Of a stretch of 64,000 nucleotides of DNA, positions 7,379 to 16,517 are shown in pieces. Each line of letters opens with the position of its first letter. Position 1 is the first letter of the stretch. The stretch is from a virus. Taxonomy: Duplodnaviria > Caudoviricetes. The stretch spans positions 32,001-96,000 of IMG/VR virus record IMGVR_UViG_3300037722_000745; one strand, given 5' to 3'. Below the pieces are notes generated by a model. It was not told the origin of the DNA. It made no database searches and worked only from the letters and a program-made list of their open reading frames with translations. The translations under genes were made by a program, and so were the position numbers.

Positions 7379-10239
7379 TCCGGGCAGATCAAATTGTACT
7401 CACGTAGAAGAGATACTAATGCTTTCGTATCTACTCGAAGCCCCAACTCAGGTGAGACCAACGTCTCACCTAGAACGTCGGTTACGTGTAACACCGCCCC
7501 GTTCTCACTATCCCCGCTGTCCAACACAAAGCGAACCATCTGATCTACTGTCTGTGAATTGAGTCTCTCTATCCTCAACACCAAGTGCGTCGACTCCTCT
7601 CCCAAAGAAGTTGGCGGAGGCATTGAGGGTCCGTGCTCCTCAGGAGCCCTCACCGCGGTCTCCACAGCGGTAGAGGGCTCCGGCTTCTTCTCTGAGATCA
7701 GCTTCTTCTCTGAGGCCGGCTCCTTAGGAGGGGCTGCAGGTATGTTTGAGAACGGAGCCTCAGGTGTGGTGGGTTCACCACTTCGTGTGCCAGGCTCTTT
7801 TCCCATCAACCATGGAGCGCTCACCACCCGAAAGACGTTGCCTTCAAGTATCTCCTGCTTGTCAGGGGTCTCGACAACCTCACCTTGTTTGTTGACCTTG
7901 GCTTTACGCGTTGTACTGTAAGCGTATCCGTTGAGCACGACCTCTGTGTCCGTGGGCTCGTAGTCCTCCGAAACACGACGTGTCTCGAATCCGGAAGCCC
8001 AGTTGAACCCAATGAGAGGCTCAACGACCAGTGGCACCTTCCATGAGGGATTGCGAGGGATGTGCCACGGAGATTCCATGTACTCCACCAGAACAGGCAC
8101 CACTTCCGCGACTCGATCGTGACGTACTTCCAGCACCACTTCGTCATGCACGGTGAGAAGTAACCGAACTGAGTCGTCCCCCCCGCCGCCTTTGAGCCAA
8201 CCTCGCTTGAAGAACGCTTTGTGTAGCAACACAAGCGCTATCTTCATGATGTCCGCGCCGCAACCTTGGATCGCGTAATTGACCGAGTGCCGTTCGCAAG
8301 CCGCTCGGATCGCACGATCCTCTGAGTTCGCATCCGGAATCGACAGCCAACGACCCATTGCGGTTCGAACCCCCAAGTCCTTCTTGACCGCTCTGTGTTG
8401 GGACTTGAGCCACTTCGAGAAAACGGGCACGGACTTGTCAAACGCCTGCTTCCGACGACGAGCCTCCAAGTCATCGCAATTGGTGGCCCGTACGATGGAC
8501 TGGGGCCCCCCACCGTAAAGCAACGCAAAATTAGCCGTCTTTCCCGCAGAGCGCTCCTCTTTACTGACCTCTTGTTTGCCGAAAAAAGCCCGTGCCGTAA
8601 TAGAGTGGAGATCTCCGGTACCGTGTAGGAACTCGTTGATCCACACAGGCTCCCCAGACACGTTAGCCGCGATCCTAAGCTCTTCGCCCGCGTAGTCCGC
8701 CTTGATCATCGTGAAGCCCTCGCGGGCCTCAAACACTCTACGGATCTCTGAACCGCCGGGGATACCGTGAACCGGGACTCCTGAATAGCCGTGATCGGGG
8801 TTACCCGCAGGAGCTGAAAAACGTCCCGTACCGGCTCCCGTCTGCTTGAAACTGAACCTCAGCTCGTCGTTTTCGTCAGGGTTGTTGGCCAGACTGGTCA
8901 GGTAGGTACTGATGAACTTCTCGACACCACGGAACTCGACAATATCCTTAAGGATGGAAGGGGCATTGTCCTTTGCCGCCAAGGCAGAAAGTGTGGCCTC
9001 ATCCGTTTTGTATTGCTGAGACGCCTCGTTCTTTTCAGGCTTCGGGCTGATGTCCATCCCCTTTGGCGCGGGGGAGAACAAGAACTCCGAAAGTTGCTTC
9101 GGGCTGTTGGGATCTAGACCACGAATCCCCCGCTGCTCAATCGCAAAACGCTGGATGCGCTCCAAAAGCGCCGTACGCTTCAAAGTTTGCTCTTGGAGTT
9201 CTTTACGCACCGCCTCACGAGTGATGCGGACGCGATTACGCTCCATTGGACGAAGAGTGCAAGAAGTTTGCTTCTCCAACTTGTACGTGAAGCTGTAATC
9301 CTTTCCTCTTGCAAACGGCACAAGATCTGGAATCGTGCACAGCTTGTATGTGCAGATCGCGTCGGACCCGGCGTACCTCAACACCCCAGGCTCGTCAGGA
9401 GACAACTTGTCGAACCTGATGTCCTTCTTCTTACCGAAGAACAACTCCTTGAGTTCGATCATCTCGTACGGATTGCCATCCGGATCCCGCAGCAGCTCCT
9501 TGGCCTTGAACTTCAAGCTGAGGCGTTTGTCAGCGGCATACTTCACGAACGCGGCCAACATCCCGTCTTCAAAAGACTCTGGGTGCCACCAGTCTATGCC
9601 GGTGACTGGGAATAGGAACTCTTGATCGAACTGGGCGTTCCAAAACGCGATGACGACTTGTGGCGGTTTGGAGATCTGATACGACAACGGGTCTTTCTGA
9701 ATAGCCTCAGGAGTACCCTCAGGAATCGCGGCATGGCACAAGCGAGTGATGGCAGCGTCGACACCTTCGACCGGTACGTTTAGCTCCTCACCATCGCCCC
9801 CATCAGGACGATGTCTGACAGGAATGTAGAATCCTTCCTCCCCATCATACGAGAGGCAGTATCCCACGATCTTGTCCACCGTCTCAGGCTTACCTTGGTC
9901 GTTGTAGAAGATGCGGTTGTCGAGTCCTTCAGTCTCTAGATCAAGGGAGCAGAAACCGCGCTTGATGCATTCGGTCACAATCGCATCGGCCTGCTCAACG
10001 GAGACGACCCTAGTGAATGTGTGGTACTTCATCCACGGCTTCACAATGTCGGGAACCGATCGATCTAGTTGCAAACCCCCTGTCGTGAACAAAGCTGTGG
10101 GATCGTCGTCTGCACTCTCTTCTAGGAGAGCGGACTTAGAGCTGGGAACCCGAACCGGCTCCCCTGGCTTACCCTCATCCTCGTTCTCGTCCAGCATAGC
10201 GAGGATGCCGTCAAGGTCGTCAAGGTCTTCGTCGCTCAT
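7375..10239 (-). CDS. polA: DNA polymerase family A with 3'-5' exonuclease
   Basis: ExoI DLETEG, ExoII WNAQFD, ExoIII YAGSDA; motif A DYAGEELR, motif B KTANFALLYG, motif C VHDE; no 5'-3' exonuclease domain. Confidence 0.95.
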   Translation of the reverse strand: MSDEDLDDLDGILAMLDENEDEGKPGEPVRVPSSKSALLEESADDDPTALFTTGGLQLDRSVPDIVKPWMKYHTFTRVVSVEQADAIVTECIKRGFCSLDLETEGLDNRIFYNDQGKPETVDKIVGYCLSYDGEEGFYIPVRHRPDGGDGEELNVPVEGVDAAITRLCHAAIPEGTPEAIQKDPLSYQISKPPQVVIAFWNAQFDQEFLFPVTGIDWWHPESFEDGMLAAFVKYAADKRLSLKFKAKELLRDPDGNPYEMIELKELFFGKKKDIRFDKLSPDEPGVLRYAGSDAICTYKLCTIPDLVPFARGKDYSFTYKLEKQTSCTLRPMERNRVRITREAVRKELQEQTLKRTALLERIQRFAIEQRGIRGLDPNSPKQLSEFLFSPAPKGMDISPKPEKNEASQQYKTDEATLSALAAKDNAPSILKDIVEFRGVEKFISTYLTSLANNPDENDELRFSFKQTGAGTGRFSAPAGNPDHGYSGVPVHGIPGGSEIRRVFEAREGFTMIKADYAGEELRIAANVSGEPVWINEFLHGTGDLHSITARAFFGKQEVSKEERSAGKTANFALLYGGGPQSIVRATNCDDLEARRRKQAFDKSVPVFSKWLKSQHRAVKKDLGVRTAMGRWLSIPDANSEDRAIRAACERHSVNYAIQGCGADIMKIALVLLHKAFFKRGWLKGGGGDDSVRLLLTVHDEVVLEVRHDRVAEVVPVLVEYMESPWHIPRNPSWKVPLVVEPLIGFNWASGFETRRVSEDYEPTDTEVVLNGYAYSTTRKAKVNKQGEVVETPDKQEILEGNVFRVVSAPWLMGKEPGTRSGEPTTPEAPFSNIPAAPPKEPASEKKLISEKKPEPSTAVETAVRAPEEHGPSMPPPTSLGEESTHLVLRIERLNSQTVDQMVRFVLDSGDSENGAVLHVTDVLGETLVSPELGLRVDTKALVSLLREYNLICPD

Positions 10240-10648
10240 CTGAAGGGGGCTCCAATACAGCCAACACGTACACCTCCGAACGCCATAGCTTGATCACTTC
10301 CCCCGCTAAGGCCCCAGGTGAGACCCCAGCAGGCTCAAAGCACCACGGCATCTTCGAAGACAACACCAAGCAACGCCGTTTCACGTGGAACGGGCATGAC
10401 TTCTCGTGCTCACACCGTTGGGACGGAAGTTTCCGCAGCATTCCTTCGGGCGGTGGTCCGAGCTGATCTACCAAAAGTCGTGTCCAGCCGTGCAGCGCGT
10501 GGTCCATGACTTCTTTGGTGACCTCAGGTATATCCATCACCCCCTGTAGAGGTCGCCACTCCTCTTCCCAAACGCCATCCTCGTTGTAGATGAGATACAG
10601 CTCGATGCGGCCCATCTCAACGCTTGGTATCGACAGCCGCCGAGGCAC
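10220..10648 (-). CDS. hypothetical Cys-containing protein
   Basis: 142 aa between the primase zinc finger and polA; C..C..HxxxxC...C cluster. Confidence 0.6.
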   Translation of the reverse strand: MPRRLSIPSVEMGRIELYLIYNEDGVWEEEWRPLQGVMDIPEVTKEVMDHALHGWTRLLVDQLGPPPEGMLRKLPSQRCEHEKSCPFHVKRRCLVLSSKMPWCFEPAGVSPGALAGEVIKLWRSEVYVLAVLEPPSDERRRP

Positions 10649-11240
10649 GAACCTTCTCTCCGATCTTGGAGACTACTTGAGTCACCAGCTTCTTGGTCTC
10701 GTCGAGTGTCAGAGAGCCTCGATCCCGCATGGACCGAATCTGGTCCAACAAGGACCCGATTCTCAAGTGAGACCCCATCTCAAAATGATCACGTTCTTCG
10801 CGCAATCGGTGCTCGCACGCATCGAAGAGATCCTCGATCTCTTCCACCAGAGGATCGTACTCGTCGGCTAGCTGAGGGATGCTTGCTTTGGGAGGCGTGA
10901 GGCCAAAAGCACGTTCGATGTTGAACAAGGTCTCGCTGAATTTGGCTTCTCCATTGTACTGCCGCCATAGACTGATCGCGTCCCATCGCTTGTGGCAAGC
11001 GAAACACCAAACGTGCGACTTGCTCTGTGGGTCTTCTGGGAAATAGCGAGCACTGGGGTTCTTGTCTTCGCCATGGAACGGGCACGAGATCTGTTCTTCG
11101 CGTTGACCTCCATAACGCAAAGAAATACCGTGACGAACTAGCACATCACCGGCTGTAACCTCGTCGTGGATATGAGCCACTCGAGCTTTCAACCATTGAT
11201 GCATGAGGTCTCTGCGATCGTTGTCGAAGTACCCCATCAC
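10617..11240 (-). CDS. CHC2 primase zinc-finger protein (no TOPRIM domain)
   Basis: CPFHGEDKNPS...WCFACH is the DnaG zinc-binding-domain signature; only 207 aa. Confidence 0.8.
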   Translation of the reverse strand: MMGYFDNDRRDLMHQWLKARVAHIHDEVTAGDVLVRHGISLRYGGQREEQISCPFHGEDKNPSARYFPEDPQSKSHVWCFACHKRWDAISLWRQYNGEAKFSETLFNIERAFGLTPPKASIPQLADEYDPLVEEIEDLFDACEHRLREERDHFEMGSHLRIGSLLDQIRSMRDRGSLTLDETKKLVTQVVSKIGEKVRASAAVDTKR

Positions 11241-12715
11241 AACCCAACGTCCAGCTCGTTCAAGTAGGTGTCGTGACCGTCAACCGAGAACCCTTTCGGC
11301 TCCATTCGCCTAGAAGACAGGATCCTACGACAAGAGAAATTGACATGGGCTTCGAAGGGTTCAAACAGAGGGTTGTCGCGGTTCTTTAGGTTAGTGAATT
11401 TAGTCCTGCCTTGCTGCCGTAGTTCTGTGTTGAGGTAAGTCGTAGTGATGATGTCCGCAGTTTTCTCACAAGAATTCGCGTACGTGAGGGCGCGCATCCT
11501 GTAGACACCCTCATTTTTGTCTGCCTCGTCCTTACCCATGCGATTAATTTGGAACAGCATCAGCACCGCTACGCCGTTGTTGTGGTCGAAGTTGAGGGCT
11601 AGACGCTTAGAGTCGTTGATCACAGAGTTGAGTTCGATCGTGTAATCACGGTTCCTGCGTGCCTTGCGGGCTTCAATCCACTGCCCGTGATCTAGGACAA
11701 CAAGTCCGACCTCAAACTCTTTGTGTAGCAGCTCAAGGTGCGACCGGACGTCATCCATCGTCCACTCCCGATCTGGAGTGACGACCTCAAACGTTGTGTA
11801 CCCAGGGTTGTCGCGGAAGTCTGGAACGACGAGTTCGTAGTAGAACTCCTTCTCTTGTTTCGTCAAAGTTCCATCTCGAATAGACCGGTAGTCCAAGGGT
11901 TCGTAGCCCATTCGAGCAAACCGAGGATTGGCTGAGTGTAGTGCGAAGATGTTCCGTCGGATCTGCTCCCGTGGCATCTCAAACGAAACGTAGACGACGT
12001 TCTTCCGGAACTTGGTTACCGCGTTGTAGCACCAGTTGATTGCCAATGTGGACTTCAGCTCACCTGGAAAACCAGCGTGGATCCATAGCTCGCTCTTTTT
12101 AGCTCCCTTGCACGCCTCATCAATTTCATCAATCCCAGACAGGGTGCCGAACACCTTTCCTTTGTCCCGCTCCGCTAAGTCGTACTCCTCTTTCATCTTG
12201 TCCGCATCTTCGCGGATGTCTCCATGAATTTGAACGTTGGTGTCTGCGAGACGCAACTCCTGTGACCGCTGGGCGAAGTGTAGGATGGCGTCGTCGACAC
12301 CCTTCTTCACCTCCCCCGACTTCTTGTCCTCAATTCCCTTGTGGAGGATCTCCGCAGTCTCCTTGAGTAAGGTCATGGCGCGGACCCTACCTTGCTCCTC
12401 CTGAAGCTCCCGCAGCAGGCTAGAGAAGCTGGCACGAATGCGAGGCCGCTCAACTTGCAGATCTTTCAGCCGCTCGATCTCTTCGACACCGCCGATCTTC
12501 TCGAAGTGTTCCAACACCGTCTGAGCCGACGGCATCTCGAAATACTGGGTGAAGAAGCTCTCGAGGTATTTGTAGAGACGATCGTCCTCCGGTCGGCCCC
12601 AGGCAAACTGCTCTATCTCGATACAGCGACGTAGGCGCTGGAAGTTCCTGACCAGCTGCTCGGGAGTGACTTCCTTGTCAAATTCTATGATCGACCGCAA
12701 AAGGCGTTTTGGCAT
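11237..12715 (-). CDS. dnaB: DnaB-like replicative helicase (SF4)
   Basis: Deviant Walker A AGFPGELKST, YVSFEMP, Walker B VVLDH, FQINR, EKTADII, KNRD. Confidence 0.85.
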   Translation of the reverse strand: MPKRLLRSIIEFDKEVTPEQLVRNFQRLRRCIEIEQFAWGRPEDDRLYKYLESFFTQYFEMPSAQTVLEHFEKIGGVEEIERLKDLQVERPRIRASFSSLLRELQEEQGRVRAMTLLKETAEILHKGIEDKKSGEVKKGVDDAILHFAQRSQELRLADTNVQIHGDIREDADKMKEEYDLAERDKGKVFGTLSGIDEIDEACKGAKKSELWIHAGFPGELKSTLAINWCYNAVTKFRKNVVYVSFEMPREQIRRNIFALHSANPRFARMGYEPLDYRSIRDGTLTKQEKEFYYELVVPDFRDNPGYTTFEVVTPDREWTMDDVRSHLELLHKEFEVGLVVLDHGQWIEARKARRNRDYTIELNSVINDSKRLALNFDHNNGVAVLMLFQINRMGKDEADKNEGVYRMRALTYANSCEKTADIITTTYLNTELRQQGRTKFTNLKNRDNPLFEPFEAHVNFSCRRILSSRRMEPKGFSVDGHDTYLNELDVGL

Positions 12716-12717
12716 GA

Positions 12718-13593
12718 TTACCAGGGCCCCTTACGCTTCGGATGGTATTTGGAGCCCGATGACCCGGGCGGCAGCAGATCGTCGGAGTTTGATTGGGATG
12801 GCCTCGAAGTTGATTGGGATGACTTAGACTGGTCAAACAAATTGCTTTTCGGTGGGTCGACTCCCATCCCAATTGCATTGTCGTTATCCTCGACTTCCTC
12901 CTGTACCTCTCTGCGCAATCGGTTGACTCTCTCTCTAGCTTCCTCAACCCCCCCACCCAGATCGACTATGTCATAGTTCTCTTGGATGTAGCCCCAAGCA
13001 CCAGGAGTGTAGGCTTCATGCCCTGGGCCAAAGAACTCAACATCCTCCGCAATCCAGGTGGGTTTGCCTGCGCCCATTCGAATCGCCATCGTTTCATGAA
13101 GCACATCCCCAGCAGCTCTGTTCCGGTGGAGAACCCCGAGCCGTATGATGACTAAGCTCGGCGGTAGAAGAAGATCGTTGAGGTTGTTGTAAGTGGCGAT
13201 CGTCTCCCGGTTTTCCTTGGATCTCTTCGTGTAGGCAAAGTCCCCAAGCCATACCCGCACCAGCTCCTGGTCGTCCGTGGTCCGAAACGTGAAACCCTTG
13301 GAGTATTCCCACTTCACCGAAAGGACCCAACGCAAGTGCCGGCAAACCATCTCCCAGGTCCCCCTCAGGAACAGGTTCTCTTGGGTGGCATCCCGGTCTT
13401 CAGTGTAGAGAGGACTCCGAACGTGCTTCACGCCTGAAATGACGGGACCCAGAAATGCATGAAGCTGCTTGCGTTTGAGACAAATGCACGGAATCGGAAT
13501 CAGGTCCTCGCCGTCGGTCTCATAGCGCCAGTGTTTTCCTTTGCACTGTGGGCATATGGTCTCCTCAGGCACGATTGGTAGATACACCGGCAT
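12718..13593 (-). CDS. DnaC/IstB-like helicase-loader homologue with a zinc ribbon and degenerate P-loop
   Basis: CPQC...PCIC zinc ribbon; directly upstream of dnaB; R....KPTWI resembles the DnaC C-terminus; no GK[ST] motif. Confidence 0.5.
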   Translation of the reverse strand: MPVYLPIVPEETICPQCKGKHWRYETDGEDLIPIPCICLKRKQLHAFLGPVISGVKHVRSPLYTEDRDATQENLFLRGTWEMVCRHLRWVLSVKWEYSKGFTFRTTDDQELVRVWLGDFAYTKRSKENRETIATYNNLNDLLLPPSLVIIRLGVLHRNRAAGDVLHETMAIRMGAGKPTWIAEDVEFFGPGHEAYTPGAWGYIQENYDIVDLGGGVEEARERVNRLRREVQEEVEDNDNAIGMGVDPPKSNLFDQSKSSQSTSRPSQSNSDDLLPPGSSGSKYHPKRKGPW

Positions 13594-16429
13594 CCGAGTC
13601 TCGCAGACTCTTCATCAGCTCGTAGGAGAAGCTACCCTCACTCTCGAAATTCAAAGCTCCGACCGCAGCTTCCCCAAGCACTTTGTCGATCAGGTCTTTC
13701 TTGCTTTGAAGGATTTGGAGTGTGTAGTGATCGATCGTCTTTTTTGCTCGACCCGGACGCTCCGCTACTAGGTGGATCGCTACGACGTGTTGGTGAGGAG
13801 AGCCGATACGAATCGGTCGCCCGAGAAGCTGGACGTAGTTCCCCCACGACCAAGGAGCATTGTAGAAGATCATCGCCGCAGCGGCTTGTAGGTTGATCGA
13901 CTCCGAACCCGCATCTGAGATGAAGATGACCCGCACATCGGATTCAGGATCCTGAAACTCCAGCATGGCCCTCTGCCGAGCTGGATTGGTCTTGGTGTCG
14001 ACTACTTTGCCTGTGATCGCCGTGCTCTCCACCCCAGCTTTCTTGCACAACTCCTGAAGACGGGGGATGAGGGACGCGAATCGTGTGTACACAATCACCT
14101 TCTCCCCATCGAACTCCCCGGTGATCAGATCCAACATGGCTTCCTCTTTCGAGGACAAGGATTTCACGTTGTCCGCCTCACCCAACAACTCGAGCCCGAT
14201 AGTGTCCCCCTCTTCGAAGCGAAGTAAGCTCAGAGAATCAACCGTTTGTTGGCAGTAGATGAGCGCAGTCAGCGTTTTGGTCTCTTCGTAGTCCCGCACC
14301 TCTCCGTCCCCCAAAGCGAGCACGCCTGACAGTGCCTCCTCGTACTTCGTGTTCTCCGCTTTAGATAACGTGACCCGAACGTCGCGCGTGAGAAGCTTGG
14401 GAAGCTCGTCCGAAATCTCATGCTTCGGCCGTCCGAGGAAGAACGGATCAATGCGCATCCGGAACAGCTCCAGGTTCTTGTACCCGATGATGATCGGAAT
14501 TTTCCTTCGACCTCCTACAGGTTGCCACTTGACCTCGCAGAACAGGTCGAGGAACTTCGTCTTCGTCGTGAAGACTCTTGGGTAGATGCACTTGTAGATG
14601 GCGTAACCCTCGATCAAGTTGTTCTTGAGCAAGGTAGCTGTGAGCCCGTAACAACGATTTGCATGGCTGGCTAGCTCTGAACACACCTGCCACGTCTTTG
14701 TCGACGGGTTCTTGAACGCGGTGCAGTTAGAAACTAGGGCCCCTCCAGCTATGTAGTTATGGTTACCCTCGACCTCCAAGTCATAGACGTAGTCAAGATG
14801 CTCCCGCACCTTGGGGGCACGCTTCCATGGAGTTTTAGCCAGCACCACATCCCGTACCAAACCAACCGTAGGGTTACGATCCAAACTCTCCAACAGGAGT
14901 GGTTCTTTACCTGGAAACTTGTGCTCCACCCCAGGTAAAGAGCCAGGCAACAGCTCTAGGAACCTGTCGGCCGCCTCTGCGTCCAAGTACAACACCCAAT
15001 GACGACCTGACTTGCTAATCTGCGCCTGAACCCCCCACCGCCACCGAAGCCAACCCGCTAACAATTCGTTCTCGCCGTAGGTGAATCCTTGCGTGTTTAA
15101 AATAATACGACGGCGAACCACCCCTTCTTTGGTTGTGTGCGTCTGCAACGATCCGTCATCCCCATACCAGATCGCAAGACCTAACGGGCCAACGCGGCTC
15201 AACCATTCTACAGAGGGGTGCTTACGGCCTTCTCGATGCGTAGTCAGTGTTGAACACAAATGTGGGTTGGCTCGTAGCCTGAACCGGCAAATGGGAGAAC
15301 CCCCGTACCCGCTAGGGGTTGTGCTAATCTCAGAGGTGCCAAGCGAGGCTAACAAGCCCTTCTTGAAATCCAGGTATCTTCGCTGTGCTTGCCCATGTAC
15401 AAAAGACACCCCCCACAAACTACGCTTGGGGTGGGACACACTAGCATCCCCAAGCAAACCCCCCAGAATAATCTGGAGTTGATCATCAGAAGGTATTGTG
15501 TCCGTAAAGGTAGCTGTCTCGGAGCCCTTCCTAAGACGCCCTGCTTCCGTTGGTTTGCCGTCGCATCTGTAGAATTTATGATTTCTGGTTACGATCACGC
15601 TGTTGGCATACCGAAACTCAAGTTTCACCAACCCCTTCGTGCGCAATGGGTTACGGACCCAACGGATTACCCGGCGTGGTTCCATGGAGTTGGTCGCCCA
15701 GTTCCATGACAACACGGATACAGGTTCTCGCCCGCATACGATCTTGCCTATCAACCGCTCAGAGCCATCAGCTAAGCGTATTGGAGTGTGGTACTCGAAA
15801 CATTCGTCGTACACGACAGTGAGGCCGTCGATCTTCTGCATGAGGCCGTTCAACAACCCGGGGCTCATCGGCTTCTTCATGTCCGGCTGCCCGTTCTTCT
15901 TGAGCGGACGGGTGGCTCCCTGATTCCAGTCGCGGACCAAGGGAGCATACCCCATGACCATCACCGCTTTCGGGTCGTCCGGGCCCGTTGGATGATTCAA
16001 AAAAGCGTCGTAGGTTTCCCGACGCTCATCCGGACCTCCGTTTGCCAAGTAGACTTGAATACCTGTGGCGAACTTGTCGATCTCTGCCGCCCACTGACGC
16101 AGGGCGCTCTTGGGGGTGATCACGACCACTTTGTTCGTCGGTTCTTTCTGCCAGGTGTAGCAAAAAGCTGCAATGCAGGTGGGCGTCTTGCCCGTGCCAG
16201 TGGCGTCCCCGAGCACCATCCTCTTCATCGACATCAGATGGAAGACCGCCTGGACTTGATAGTACCGGAGCTTGAACGGCTGGACTTTGCCGTCGATGCC
16301 CACGATCTCAGATCGCAGCATCGAGATGGGCTTGAGCGCTACCGTCTTGCTCTCCCGGACCTTTTTGAGAAGCTCGTAGACCTTCCTGTGCTTCTCTACC
16401 GGATCTTCTTTAGGTGTTTTCGCGGCCAT
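13565..16429 (-). CDS. SNF2/SWI2-family helicase, intein-containing precursor
   Basis: GDATGTGKT (motif I), DE|CTAFK (motif II, after splicing), GLTAT (III), VYTRF (IV), INLQAA/WSW and GRPIRIG (V-VI). Confidence 0.9.
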   Translation of the reverse strand: MAAKTPKEDPVEKHRKVYELLKKVRESKTVALKPISMLRSEIVGIDGKVQPFKLRYYQVQAVFHLMSMKRMVLGDATGTGKTPTCIAAFCYTWQKEPTNKVVVITPKSALRQWAAEIDKFATGIQVYLANGGPDERRETYDAFLNHPTGPDDPKAVMVMGYAPLVRDWNQGATRPLKKNGQPDMKKPMSPGLLNGLMQKIDGLTVVYDECFEYHTPIRLADGSERLIGKIVCGREPVSVLSWNWATNSMEPRRVIRWVRNPLRTKGLVKLEFRYANSVIVTRNHKFYRCDGKPTEAGRLRKGSETATFTDTIPSDDQLQIILGGLLGDASVSHPKRSLWGVSFVHGQAQRRYLDFKKGLLASLGTSEISTTPSGYGGSPICRFRLRANPHLCSTLTTHREGRKHPSVEWLSRVGPLGLAIWYGDDGSLQTHTTKEGVVRRRIILNTQGFTYGENELLAGWLRWRWGVQAQISKSGRHWVLYLDAEAADRFLELLPGSLPGVEHKFPGKEPLLLESLDRNPTVGLVRDVVLAKTPWKRAPKVREHLDYVYDLEVEGNHNYIAGGALVSNCTAFKNPSTKTWQVCSELASHANRCYGLTATLLKNNLIEGYAIYKCIYPRVFTTKTKFLDLFCEVKWQPVGGRRKIPIIIGYKNLELFRMRIDPFFLGRPKHEISDELPKLLTRDVRVTLSKAENTKYEEALSGVLALGDGEVRDYEETKTLTALIYCQQTVDSLSLLRFEEGDTIGLELLGEADNVKSLSSKEEAMLDLITGEFDGEKVIVYTRFASLIPRLQELCKKAGVESTAITGKVVDTKTNPARQRAMLEFQDPESDVRVIFISDAGSESINLQAAAAMIFYNAPWSWGNYVQLLGRPIRIGSPHQHVVAIHLVAERPGRAKKTIDHYTLQILQSKKDLIDKVLGEAAVGALNFESEGSFSYELMKSLRDSDAGVSTNRA
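14726..15802 (-). mobile_element. intein (359 aa) with LAGLIDADG homing endonuclease
   Basis: Starts CFEYHTPIRLADG; block B VTRNHKF; LAGLIDADG motifs ILGGLLGDAS and LAIWYGDDGS; ends VYDLEVEGNHNYIAGGALVSN followed by Cys+1. Confidence 0.92.
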
Positions 16430-16443
16430 CTTGCGTGGCCAGC

Positions 16444-16508
16444 TACACCAACGGGAAGCTCACACTGAGCTTCCCTACGTCCCACGGCGGATGCGGCCGT
16501 TCGGTGTA
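16444..16508. promoter_or_regulatory. divergent GGTGTA elements upstream of the SNF2 and BCS1 genes
   Basis: GGTGTA on the minus strand at 16449-16444 (14 nt before ATG 16429) and on the plus strand at 16503-16508 (9 nt before ATG 16518). Confidence 0.55.
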
Positions 16509-16517
16509 GCCCCCTGC

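Noticed and set aside
8100-8125. Array-2 spacer at 33226 (HDRVQREIVPP) versus PolA HDRVAEVVPV
   Set aside because: 11/12 nt then a gap is needed; not distinguishable from chance without a database hit.
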